Positions 1 through 9,118 of a stretch of 64,000 nt of DNA are shown here, one piece after another. The DNA is from an uncultured Eubacteriales bacterium. GTDB taxonomy: Bacteria; Bacillota; Clostridia; Oscillospirales; UBA644. The stretch is from contig CAKSFN010000007.1 in NCBI GenBank assembly GCA_934454405.1, positions 64,321 through 128,320 of the forward strand, written 5' to 3'. The number at the start of each line of letters is the position of its first letter. Position 1 is the first letter of the stretch. A program made the translations under genes and the position numbers. The notes under the pieces were generated by a model, which saw only the letters and a list, made by a program, of their open reading frames with translations, searched no databases and was not told the origin of the DNA.

Positions 1-445
1 GGAGCACAAAGCGATATTCTGCCTTGAAAACAGAAAAGAACTGACCGTTGAAAATGTAAGAGGATTCGGAAGACTTCATCCGCGGTGCGGAACGAGCTTT
101 CTGCTTATAGTGTTCTTTACAAGTATGGTCTTTTCGATTCTGATATCGCTTATCCCCGTTTTCTCAAATATGATAACGGGAAATATCGCAAGCCGAATGC
201 TTTATACCGCCATCAGTATTTTATTTGTGCCGATAATCGCCGGGCTCAGCTATGAATTGCAGCAGTACACGGGAAGGCACGAAAATCTTTTTACGAAGAT
301 AGTCAGCGCGCCCGGTCTTGCTTTTCAGAAAATTACGACGCGAGAGCCTGACGACGGTCAGATTGAGGTCGCGATAGCGGCGTTAAAAGAGTCCCTGACA
401 AACGAAGACGGTGATTTTGACCCATCGCTCGCATATAAAAAATGA
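1..445 (+). CDS. DUF1385-family membrane protein, C-terminal part (5' end lies outside the window)
   Basis: The frame is open from the window edge. It carries an HPRCGTSFLL motif and hydrophobic helices typical of DUF1385/YqhQ proteins that precede prmC in Firmicutes. Its stop overlaps the prmC start (ATGA). Confidence 0.75.
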   Translation, partial: EHKAIFCLENRKELTVENVRGFGRLHPRCGTSFLLIVFFTSMVFSILISLIPVFSNMITGNIASRMLYTAISILFVPIIAGLSYELQQYTGRHENLFTKIVSAPGLAFQKITTREPDDGQIEVAIAALKESLTNEDGDFDPSLAYKK

Positions 446-1308
446 CAGAAAACTACTCGGATTTGCTTGCAAAAATAAAATCCTCCGTTTACGAAAATGC
501 GGAAGGTGAGCTGCTTGAAATGATTTCTTTCTTTTCGAAAAGACCTTTTGAGGAGCTGCGCAGGCTGAGGTTGGAAGCAAAACGGAATCCGAATGTTTGG
601 AGTTCTGTTTTGTCCGCCGATGTTCTTAAAAAAGTTTCAAATGCCATCAAATTGCGCTGTTCGGGAGTTCCCGTTCAGTATTTGACACGGCGCGCGTTTT
701 TTTTCGGACGTGAGTTTTATGTTGACGAGCGGACGCTTATCCCGCGGTTTGACACGGAGGCTCTTGTGGATGCCGCCTTGCCGTTTATTTCCGAAAAATC
801 AAGGGTTCTCGACCTTTGTTGCGGAAGCGGCTGTATCGGGCTGACGCTTTGTCTTGAAAAGAATTGTTACGCCTGCTTTGCGGATGTTTCGGAGGACGCT
901 CTTGCCGTCGCTCGAAAAAACGCAAAAATTCTCGGTGTTGAAAATGCGGATTTTTTACGCCATAACGTATTTTCCGATTCGTTGACCGATTGCTTTGACG
1001 TTATCGTGTGCAATCCGCCCTACATATCGGCGCAGGAGATGGAAAACCTTGACAGAGAAGTTCTGCATGAGCCGCGCATTGCGCTTGAAGCCGGCGACGG
1101 ATATTCGTTTTACGGGATCGTTCCGACAAAGTACAGCGAAAACCTGAGAAACGGCGGCAGTTTGTTTTTTGAGGTCGGAAAAGGTCAGTCCGACCGTGTT
1201 GTCGCGCTGTGCGAAAGCGCAGGGTACGACAGGACGGAAACATTCAAAGATTTGAATAATATCGAACGGGTCGTTCGGGCCCGTAAGCCTTTGGAGACAG
1301 TTATATGA
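442..1308 (+). CDS. prmC: release factor N5-glutamine methyltransferase
   Basis: 288 aa with a SAM-binding motif VLDLCCGSGCIG and the catalytic NPPY motif (VCNPPYIS). Confidence 0.9.
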   Translation: MTENYSDLLAKIKSSVYENAEGELLEMISFFSKRPFEELRRLRLEAKRNPNVWSSVLSADVLKKVSNAIKLRCSGVPVQYLTRRAFFFGREFYVDERTLIPRFDTEALVDAALPFISEKSRVLDLCCGSGCIGLTLCLEKNCYACFADVSEDALAVARKNAKILGVENADFLRHNVFSDSLTDCFDVIVCNPPYISAQEMENLDREVLHEPRIALEAGDGYSFYGIVPTKYSENLRNGGSLFFEVGKGQSDRVVALCESAGYDRTETFKDLNNIERVVRARKPLETVI

Positions 1309-2351
1309 AAGTTTTGATAATTTTTGGCGGAAAGTCGACGGAACACGAGGTTTCCTGCGTGTCCGCGGCTTCCGTATTGAATAATATAAAAGGGCACGAA
1401 ATCACGAAATTCGGCATAACAAAAGAAGGCAAATGGTATCATACCGACGCGGAAAACGCCGCGATTGCCGACGGCAGTTGGGAAAATGACGAATCCAACG
1501 CGGAGGTTTTCGCCGATTTTAATTCGCGCGCTTTCGTTTGGGACGACGGAAGCATAACTCCCGATGTGATATTTCCGGTTCTGCACGGTAAAAACGGCGA
1601 GGACGGAACCATTCAGGGACTGTTTGAGCTGATGAATATACCTTATGTGGGTTGCAGGGTTCTCGGATCTTCCGTATGTATGGATAAAGCGTATACGAAA
1701 ATGGTTTTCGAGCATGCGGGAATCAAGCAGGTTCCGTGGGTGACGGTTGAAGCCTACGATTACCGTTTTGATTCGGAAAACGTAAAGAATACGGTTGAAA
1801 AATACCTTAAATATCCCGTTTTCGTCAAGCCCTCGAATGCGGGCTCATCCGTGGGAATAACAAAATGCAGATCGAGAGATATGCTTTCAAAAGCGTTCGA
1901 CGAAGCGTTTGAGATTGACCGCAGAGTGGTTGTTGAGCAGGGGATAGAGAATCCGCAGGAAATTGAGGTCGCCGTTTTAGGGAACGAGGCTCCCGTCGCG
2001 TCCTGTACGGGGCGTATAATCCCAGCGAATGAGTTTTACGATTATGAGGCGAAGTATTCAAGCAACGATTCAAAGCTTCTTATTCCGTCAGGCGCGGAAA
2101 ACGAAGATTTTATAAAAAAAGAAGCGGTTAAAGCATACAAAGCGTGTGACTGCAAGGGTATGTCGAGAGTGGATTTTCTTGTTGCAGAGGACGGCGGTAT
2201 ATATCTGAATGAGATAAATACCATTCCCGGATTTACGTCGATAAGCATGTATCCCAAGCTTTTCGGCGCAAGCGGACTTGAATATTCCGAACTTATCGAC
2301 AGATTACTTGAGCTTGCGGTGAGCTTTTCGGAGGTAAAATGCGACAGGTAA
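1305..2351 (+). CDS. ddl: D-alanine--D-alanine ligase
   Basis: 348 aa with ATP-grasp Ddl signatures (FPVLHGKNGEDGTIQGLFE, NEINTIPGFT). The start overlaps the prmC stop. Confidence 0.92.
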   Translation: MKVLIIFGGKSTEHEVSCVSAASVLNNIKGHEITKFGITKEGKWYHTDAENAAIADGSWENDESNAEVFADFNSRAFVWDDGSITPDVIFPVLHGKNGEDGTIQGLFELMNIPYVGCRVLGSSVCMDKAYTKMVFEHAGIKQVPWVTVEAYDYRFDSENVKNTVEKYLKYPVFVKPSNAGSSVGITKCRSRDMLSKAFDEAFEIDRRVVVEQGIENPQEIEVAVLGNEAPVASCTGRIIPANEFYDYEAKYSSNDSKLLIPSGAENEDFIKKEAVKAYKACDCKGMSRVDFLVAEDGGIYLNEINTIPGFTSISMYPKLFGASGLEYSELIDRLLELAVSFSEVKCDR

Positions 2352-2758
2352 GCCTGAATATCCGCTCCCTTCGCGACGGAACGGAGACAACAAATATCTA
2401 TACCATCGCTTCGATGAAAAAGAAAAAGGACGCTTATGATTTCGTGTTTGACAGCCCCGATGAAAAGGCGTTTGATGCGAAAAAACTGCGCTTGTCCGTA
2501 AACAGCAGCGGCTTGTCCCTTCGCGCCGACGGCACGTCCCGGCTTGCGGATATTGTTCTTGAAAAGGGCAAAAAGCATTATTGTTATTTTCGCAAAAGCG
2601 ACGATACCGAAGCCTTGACCGTCGGGATAGATACATATCGCGTAACTTCGGATATGTCCGACGACGGCGGAAGCATTGAAGTTGAGTTTTATATGGATCA
2701 TAACTGTTCGGGAACGAGTAAGAATTTGATGAAGGTGACCGTCAGGCCGAAAGCATGA
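2339..2758 (+). CDS. small conserved protein, DUF1934/YwiB-like (assigned from context)
   Basis: 139 aa with a GGAGG RBS at 2330-2334. It sits directly upstream of argS, as ywiB-type genes do in Firmicutes. The family call rests on size and position only. Confidence 0.6.
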   Translation: MRQVSLNIRSLRDGTETTNIYTIASMKKKKDAYDFVFDSPDEKAFDAKKLRLSVNSSGLSLRADGTSRLADIVLEKGKKHYCYFRKSDDTEALTVGIDTYRVTSDMSDDGGSIEVEFYMDHNCSGTSKNLMKVTVRPKA

Positions 2759-2768
2759 GAGGTTGTAA

Positions 2769-4439
2769 ATGGATTTTTTTAAGCAGGTAAAAGAAAAAAT
2801 AACGGCGAATGTAAACGCCGCAATCGAAAAAGCGCAGGCAGACGGCGCGCTGCCGCAGACGGAAAAATATGATTTTACGGTTGAGATCCCGAAAGATGCG
2901 TCTTTCGGTGATTTTGCGACCAATGCCGCTATGCTCGGGGCGAGAGTTTTCAGAAAAGCACCGCAGCAGATAGCGAAAGAAATTGTGGACAGGCTTCCGT
3001 CCGATTCATGGTTTTCCGAGGTGTCTGTCGCAGGCGCTTTTATTAACTTTAAGCTCAGCCCCGAATTTTCAAAATCTGTTGTTGACGGCATACTCCGTAA
3101 GGGTGAAAACTACGGAAAAAGCGATTTCGGACAGGGTAAAAAGGTTCTTGTTGAATTTGTTTCCGCAAATCCGACGGGACCTATGCATATAGGAAATGCG
3201 CGCGGCGGCGCAAACGGCGACTGCCTCGCTTCCATTCTTAACTTTGCGGGATATAAAGCGGACAGAGAGTTTTATGTCAACGATGCGGGAAATCAGATCG
3301 AAAAATTCGGTTTGAGCCTCTCTCTGCGTTACCTTCAATTATATAAAGAAGGCATTGAAATGCCTGAGGATTCTTACCACGGCGAAGACATCGTCGATCA
3401 CGCAAAGGCTTTTGCGGAGATTTACGGCGACAAATATGTTGAAGCGGACGATGCCGAGCGTAAAAAGGCTCTCGTCGATTTCGCGCTCCCGAAAAACGTG
3501 GAAGCGCTTGAACGCGATCTGAAAAAATACCGTATCATATATGACCGCTGGTTCAGAGAAAGCGAGCTTTACAAGAACGGACAGGCTCAAAAAGTTGTTG
3601 AAATGCTTACCGAATCGGGCTATACCTACGAGCAGGAGGGTGCGGTTTGGTTCAAAGCGACCGAATTCGGTTGTGAAAAAGACTTCGTCCTCGTTCGCTC
3701 AAACGGGCTTTACACATACGTTGTTCCCGATATCGCGTACCATTACAACAAACTTGTCACACGCGGATATGACAAAGCGATAGACGTTCTCGGCGCTGAC
3801 CATCACGGCTATGTTCCGAGACTTAAAGGCGCGCTTACCGCGCTCGGAGTTGACGCATCAAAGCTCGATGCCGTTATTATTCAGATGGTTCGTCTTATTA
3901 AGGACGGAGAGGTTACCAAGCAAAGCAAACGTTCGGGCAAAGCGATAACGCTTGTGACTTTGCTTGAAGAAGTTCCGATAGATGCGGCGCGTTTCTTTTT
4001 CAATATGCGCGAGCCGAATTCTCATTTCGATTTTGATCTTGACCTTGCGGTTTCGCAGACGAATCAAAACCCCGTTTACTATGTTCAGTACGCGCACGCG
4101 CGTATATGCAGCATTTTGGCTGGATTGAACGAAGAAAAAGTACCGTGTGACCGCGAATGCACATCGGCGCTCGGCGAACCTCAGGAAAAAGCACTTGTCA
4201 AACAGCTTGCTCTGTTTACAGGAGAGGTTGTCCGGGCAGCGCAGAGCTATGATATTTCGCTTATGACCAAATACGCGGTAGATCTTTCGTCCTCTTTCCA
4301 CAGCTTTTACAACGGATGCCGTGTCAAATGCGAAGAATCCGATAAGATGTACGCGCGAATCGCTCTGATAAAGGCGGTAAAACAAACGCTCGAAAATGTT
4401 CTCGGAATAATCAAAGTCAGCGCGCCGGAGCATATGTGA
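2769..4439 (+). CDS. argS: arginine--tRNA ligase
   Basis: 556 aa with the class I HIGN motif (PMHIGNARGG), typical ArgS length and a C-terminal anticodon-binding region. Confidence 0.95.
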   Translation: MDFFKQVKEKITANVNAAIEKAQADGALPQTEKYDFTVEIPKDASFGDFATNAAMLGARVFRKAPQQIAKEIVDRLPSDSWFSEVSVAGAFINFKLSPEFSKSVVDGILRKGENYGKSDFGQGKKVLVEFVSANPTGPMHIGNARGGANGDCLASILNFAGYKADREFYVNDAGNQIEKFGLSLSLRYLQLYKEGIEMPEDSYHGEDIVDHAKAFAEIYGDKYVEADDAERKKALVDFALPKNVEALERDLKKYRIIYDRWFRESELYKNGQAQKVVEMLTESGYTYEQEGAVWFKATEFGCEKDFVLVRSNGLYTYVVPDIAYHYNKLVTRGYDKAIDVLGADHHGYVPRLKGALTALGVDASKLDAVIIQMVRLIKDGEVTKQSKRSGKAITLVTLLEEVPIDAARFFFNMREPNSHFDFDLDLAVSQTNQNPVYYVQYAHARICSILAGLNEEKVPCDRECTSALGEPQEKALVKQLALFTGEVVRAAQSYDISLMTKYAVDLSSSFHSFYNGCRVKCEESDKMYARIALIKAVKQTLENVLGIIKVSAPEHM

Positions 4440-4924
4440 TGTACGAGCGCAGATTTATGCTTCGCGCCATAAAATGCGCGGAAAAGGCGTGCGCGATTGA
4501 TGATGTTCCCGTCGGCTGTGTTATCGTTCACGACGGCAAGGTCATAGCTTCGGGCTACAACAGGCGCGAAAACGACAAAAATGCTTTGAAACACGCCGAA
4601 ATAACGGCGATAAACCGCGCCTGTAAAAAACTCGGCGGCTGGCGGCTTATCGACTGCGATATGTACGTTACGCTCGAGCCGTGTACAATGTGCGGCGGCG
4701 CGATTATGAATTCGAGAATAAAGAATGTTTATGTCGGGCTTCACGATGAAAAATCGGGAGCTTTCGGCAGCGTTTGCGACTTGTCCAAAATGGGTTTGAA
4801 CCATAAGGTAAACGTCGAATTCGGCTATGAAGAAGAGAAGTGCTACGAACTCCTCCATGAATATTTTCTGAAACTTCGCGAACTGCGGAAGAAAAAGAAA
4901 AAAATTACGAAAAGTCAGTCGTAA
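4436..4924 (+). CDS. tadA: tRNA adenosine(34) deaminase
   Basis: 162 aa with the deaminase zinc motifs HAE (HAEITAI) and PCxxC (PCTMCGGAI). The start is GTG at 4436 or ATG at 4439. Confidence 0.9.
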   Translation: MMYERRFMLRAIKCAEKACAIDDVPVGCVIVHDGKVIASGYNRRENDKNALKHAEITAINRACKKLGGWRLIDCDMYVTLEPCTMCGGAIMNSRIKNVYVGLHDEKSGAFGSVCDLSKMGLNHKVNVEFGYEEEKCYELLHEYFLKLRELRKKKKKITKSQS

Positions 4925-4949
4925 AATCCACATTTTCGTATGTTTACCA

Positions 4950-4978
4950 TTGACTTTTAACTATAAATTTGATATAAT
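4950..4978 (+). promoter_or_regulatory. sigma-A type promoter of the dehydrogenase operon
   Basis: TTGACT at 4950-4955, a 17-nt spacer, then TATAAT at 4973-4978. This lies 33 nt upstream of the ATG at 5011. Confidence 0.7.
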
Positions 4979-5010
4979 TTATATATATAATTATACGGAG
5001 GTATTTTCCA

Positions 5011-6279
5011 ATGTTGAACAAGGCTGTAAGACTTTACGGCAAGAACGACCTCAGACTCGACGAATTCGAACTTCCCGAAATCAAAGACGACGAGATTCTT
5101 GCAAAAGTCGTATCCGACAGTATTTGTATGTCTTCTCATAAAGCGGCGATGCAGGGCGCGGATCACAAACGTGTTCCCAACAATATCGCCGAGGAACCCA
5201 TTATCATCGGTCACGAATTTTGCGGCGAAATTATGAAAGTCGGCGCAAAATGGCAGGACAAGTTCAAGGCGGGCGAGAAATTCTCCATTCAGCCGGCAAT
5301 GAACCTTCCGAACGACCCCTATGCCGCTCCCGGTTATTCTTTCAGATACATCGGCGGCGATTCCCAGTATATCGTTATCCCCGCTTGCGTTATGGAAAGC
5401 AACTGCCTGCTTGATTATGCGGGTGAAGCGTTCTTCTACGGTTCGCTTGCGGAGCCGATGAGCTGTATCGTCGGCGGCTATCACGCAAACTATCACACAA
5501 CGCAGGGCTCTTATGTTCACTCCATGGGTATCGTTGAGGGCGGTTCTCTCGCTCTCCTTGCAAGCGCAGGTCCCATGGGTATGGGCGCAATAGACTACGC
5601 CATGCATTGCGACAGAAGACCGTCTCTTCTTGTTGTTACGGACATTGACACCGCAAGACTTGAAAGAGCCGCGTCCATCTTCACTGTTGAAGACGCAGCA
5701 AAGAACGGCGTAAAGCTTATGTATGTCAACACCGCCGAGCAGGATGATCCCGTTGCGTACCTGAAGAGCCTTACTCCCGACGGTAAAGGCTTCAACGATG
5801 TTTTTGCTTTTGCTCCCGTTAAGGCTGTTGTTGAACAGGCTGACGCTATTCTTGCAAAAGACGGATGTCTGAACTTCTTTGCGGGTCCGACCAAGACGGA
5901 CTTCTCCGCGATGTTCAACTTCTACAACGTGCATTACAGTTCCACCCACGTTGTCGGAACCAGCGGCGGCAATACGGACGATATGAAAGAGTCTCTTAAA
6001 CTTATGGAGACCGGAACCATTAACCCTGCGGCGATGATAACTCATATCGGCGGTCTTAACGCGGTTGTCGAAACGACGATCAATCTTGACAAGATCCCCG
6101 GCGGCAAAAAGCTCATTTACACACATAAAAATATCCCGTTGACCGCTATTGCCGATTTTGAAGATGTCGGAAAGCACGATCCGTTCTTTGCGGAGCTCGC
6201 GAAAATAACGAAGGCTCATAACGGTTTGTGGTGCGCGGAAGCGGAGAAATACCTGCTTGCAAACGCAAAAGAAATATGA
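5011..6279 (+). CDS. zinc-dependent alcohol/polyol dehydrogenase (MDR family), substrate unknown
   Basis: 422 aa with the zinc motif GHEFCGEI and a GGAGG RBS. It is longer than classical ADHs of about 350 aa. Confidence 0.85.
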   Translation: MLNKAVRLYGKNDLRLDEFELPEIKDDEILAKVVSDSICMSSHKAAMQGADHKRVPNNIAEEPIIIGHEFCGEIMKVGAKWQDKFKAGEKFSIQPAMNLPNDPYAAPGYSFRYIGGDSQYIVIPACVMESNCLLDYAGEAFFYGSLAEPMSCIVGGYHANYHTTQGSYVHSMGIVEGGSLALLASAGPMGMGAIDYAMHCDRRPSLLVVTDIDTARLERAASIFTVEDAAKNGVKLMYVNTAEQDDPVAYLKSLTPDGKGFNDVFAFAPVKAVVEQADAILAKDGCLNFFAGPTKTDFSAMFNFYNVHYSSTHVVGTSGGNTDDMKESLKLMETGTINPAAMITHIGGLNAVVETTINLDKIPGGKKLIYTHKNIPLTAIADFEDVGKHDPFFAELAKITKAHNGLWCAEAEKYLLANAKEI

Positions 6280-6284
6280 TTTTA

Positions 6285-6324
6285 ACGGTACAGGGGAGCG
6301 GAAACGGTCCTCTGTACCCGTTTT
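6285..6324 (+). terminator. hairpin plus T-run after the ADH gene (possibly a partial terminator)
   Basis: ACGGTACAGGGGA pairs with TCCTCTGTACCCGT (one bulge, 10-nt loop), followed by TTTT. Confidence 0.5.
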
Positions 6325-6356
6325 CATAAAAAATAATTCATTAAGGAAGTGATTTT

Positions 6357-7706
6357 ATGGCAACACCTGTAATTATGCCGAGACAGGGACAGTCTGTTGA
6401 AAGCTGTATCATTACGAAATGGCATAAACATAAGGGCGATGCCGTAGCGGTCGGCGATATCCTTTTCTCTTATGAGACGGATAAAGCCGCTTTCGACGAG
6501 GAGGCTACGGTCGCCGGCACGCTGCTTGAAACGTTCTTCGAAGAGGGAGACGACGTTGAGTGTCTTCTGAACGTCTGCGTTATCGGTAACGAGGGCGAAG
6601 ATGTTTCTCAGTTCAGACCTCAGGGCGCCGCTCAGGAAGAGCCCTCCGCGCCCGCTGCGGAAGTAAAGAAAGATGAACCCTCCGCGCCCGTTGCGGTTGC
6701 GGAACCCGCCGCAAAGGACGAGGCTGCCGAAGGCTTTGTTAAGATTTCTCCGAGAGCGAAGGCTCTTGCGCAGAAACAGTCCCTCGATTACAGATATGCC
6801 GTTCCGACCGGACCGGACGGAAGAATTATCGAAAGAGACGTCAGAGCTCTTGCCGAAAGCGGTATAGGCGCAACGCCCGCCGCAATGAACGGTTATCTCG
6901 GTCTTGACGCAAAAGTTGACGGCACCGGTATCGGCGGCAGAGTTCGCGTTTCCGATCTTACCGCTCCCTCCGCACCCGCTCAGGCTGCGCAGACCGCAGC
7001 ATCCGACGTTCCCGAGTTTGTTGAAGAAAAACTCCCGAACATCAGAAAAGTTATCGCAAAATCCATGCACAAGTCCCTTTCCGAGATGGCTCAGCTTACA
7101 CTCAACACGTCATTCGACGCAACCGAGATCTCCGCATTCAGAGCCAAAGTCAAGGAAAACAAAGACGCGCTCGGCTTTGCGAACATTACGCTTAACGATA
7201 TCATCCTCTTTGCCGTTGCGAAGACGCTCCCCGCTTTCCGCGAACTGAACGCGCACTTCTACGACGACAAGATGGTATTCTTCAATCATGTCAACCTCGG
7301 TATTGCCGTTGACACACCGAGAGGTCTTATGGTTCCGACCGTATTCAAGGCGGAAACTCTGTCTCTGAACGACCTCTCCAAGGCTGCAAAGGCGGTTATC
7401 ACCGACGCTCAGAACGGTTCTATCAACCCCGATCTTCTCACCGGCGGCTCGTTCACCGTTACCAACCTCGGCGCGATGGGAATTGAATCCTTCACTCCCG
7501 TTATCAACCCGCCGCAGACCGGTATTCTCGGTGTTGACACCATCACGACGAAAGTCAAGGTCGTAAACGGTCAACTCGTTCCTTACAAGGCGATGGGACT
7601 TTCTCTTACGTTCGACCACAGAGCGCTTGACGGCGCACCCGCCGCGAAATTCCTGCAAGCGCTTTGCAAGAACCTTGAGAACTTCTCGCTTCTTCTTGCG
7701 AAATAG
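6357..7706 (+). CDS. dihydrolipoamide acyltransferase, E2 component
   Basis: 449 aa with an N-terminal lipoyl domain (ETDKA lysine), an Ala/Pro-rich linker, a peripheral subunit-binding region and the catalytic DHRALDG motif. Confidence 0.92.
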   Translation: MATPVIMPRQGQSVESCIITKWHKHKGDAVAVGDILFSYETDKAAFDEEATVAGTLLETFFEEGDDVECLLNVCVIGNEGEDVSQFRPQGAAQEEPSAPAAEVKKDEPSAPVAVAEPAAKDEAAEGFVKISPRAKALAQKQSLDYRYAVPTGPDGRIIERDVRALAESGIGATPAAMNGYLGLDAKVDGTGIGGRVRVSDLTAPSAPAQAAQTAASDVPEFVEEKLPNIRKVIAKSMHKSLSEMAQLTLNTSFDATEISAFRAKVKENKDALGFANITLNDIILFAVAKTLPAFRELNAHFYDDKMVFFNHVNLGIAVDTPRGLMVPTVFKAETLSLNDLSKAAKAVITDAQNGSINPDLLTGGSFTVTNLGAMGIESFTPVINPPQTGILGVDTITTKVKVVNGQLVPYKAMGLSLTFDHRALDGAPAAKFLQALCKNLENFSLLLAK

Positions 7707-7718
7707 GAGGATTGACAA

Positions 7719-9095
7719 ATGGTTTATGATCTTATCGTACTCGGCGGCGGTCCCGCAGGTTATCTTGCCGCGGAACGCGCAGGTCACGCAGGACTTGTTA
7801 CCGCCGTTATCGAAAAAAGAGCGCTCGGCGGCGTTTGCCTTAACGAAGGCTGTATTCCGTCCAAATCGCTGCTTTACTGCGCGAAGGCTCTTGAATATGC
7901 AAAACACGGCGAAGCGTACGGCGTAAAAGCATCCGGCGTTTCCTACGACCACAAGTTCGTTGTCGAAAGAAAAGACAAGGTAGTCAAACAGCTTGTTGCG
8001 GGTATCGGTGCGGCTATGAAAGCCAACAAAGTCACCGTTATCGAAGGCGTCGGCAAAATCGCGGGAAGAACTCCCGAGGGATATGCGGTTGAAGTGAACG
8101 GTGAAAAGCTGACGACGAAAAGACTTCTTATCGCAACCGGCTCCGCGCCCGTAGTTCCCCCGATCCCGGGTGTCAAAGAGGGCGTTGCGAGCGGTTTTGT
8201 TCTGACAAACAGAGAAATACTCAGCCTTGATGCCGTTCCCGAAAAACTCGTCATTATCGGCGGCGGTGTTATCGGCCTTGAAATGGCTTCCTATTATAAT
8301 AGTGTCGGAAGCAAAGTTACCGTTGTCGAAATGCTCGACAAGATAGCGGGTCCGACCGACAAAGATATTTCCAACGTTCTTCTTAAAAACTATAAGAAGA
8401 AGGGAATTGAGTTCTGCCTCGGCTGCAGAGTTACGGAAGTAACCGCAGACGCCGTTAAATATGAAAAAGACGGCAAAACGGAAACCGTTCCCGCGGACAA
8501 GGTTCTTCTTTCCATTGGCAGAAGAGCGGTCAGCGCGGACATCGGACTTGAAACCATCGGCGTCGAAGTTGAAAGAGGCGCGATAAAGGTTGACAGATAT
8601 TGCAGAACCAACGTTCCGAACGTATACGCCGCAGGCGACGTAAACGGTAAAATGATGCTTGCTCACGTTGCTTACAGAGAGTCCGAAGTTGCGATAAACA
8701 ACATGCTCGGCAAAAAGGACGTTATGAGATACGAGGCTGTTCCGTCCGTAATCTACACAACTCCCGAAGTCGGCTGTGTGGGCGAGACCGAAGACAGCTG
8801 CAAGCAGAAGGGTATCGACTATGAAGTCGTTAACCTGACGATGAAATATTCGGGCAGATATGTTGCCGAGACCGAAGGCGGTATCAACGACGGCATCTGC
8901 AAGATGATCATGGACAAGAAGTATCACAATATCATCGGCGTTCACATGATAGGCAACTATGCGTCCGAGATAATCTACGGCGCGGTGTTTATGATTGAGA
9001 GCGAGATGAGAGTTGAAGAACTCCGTCAGATGATATTCCCGCATCCCACCGTTTGCGAGATACTTCGCGAAGGTCTTTTCCAATTCAAAGTGTAA
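7719..9095 (+). CDS. lpdA: dihydrolipoyl dehydrogenase, E3 component
   Basis: 458 aa with the FAD motif GGGPAGY, the redox disulfide CLNEGCIPSK and a C-terminal HPT motif. Confidence 0.93.
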   Translation: MVYDLIVLGGGPAGYLAAERAGHAGLVTAVIEKRALGGVCLNEGCIPSKSLLYCAKALEYAKHGEAYGVKASGVSYDHKFVVERKDKVVKQLVAGIGAAMKANKVTVIEGVGKIAGRTPEGYAVEVNGEKLTTKRLLIATGSAPVVPPIPGVKEGVASGFVLTNREILSLDAVPEKLVIIGGGVIGLEMASYYNSVGSKVTVVEMLDKIAGPTDKDISNVLLKNYKKKGIEFCLGCRVTEVTADAVKYEKDGKTETVPADKVLLSIGRRAVSADIGLETIGVEVERGAIKVDRYCRTNVPNVYAAGDVNGKMMLAHVAYRESEVAINNMLGKKDVMRYEAVPSVIYTTPEVGCVGETEDSCKQKGIDYEVVNLTMKYSGRYVAETEGGINDGICKMIMDKKYHNIIGVHMIGNYASEIIYGAVFMIESEMRVEELRQMIFPHPTVCEILREGLFQFKV

Positions 9096-9118
9096 TGTAA
9101 GAAAGGGGACTATAAATT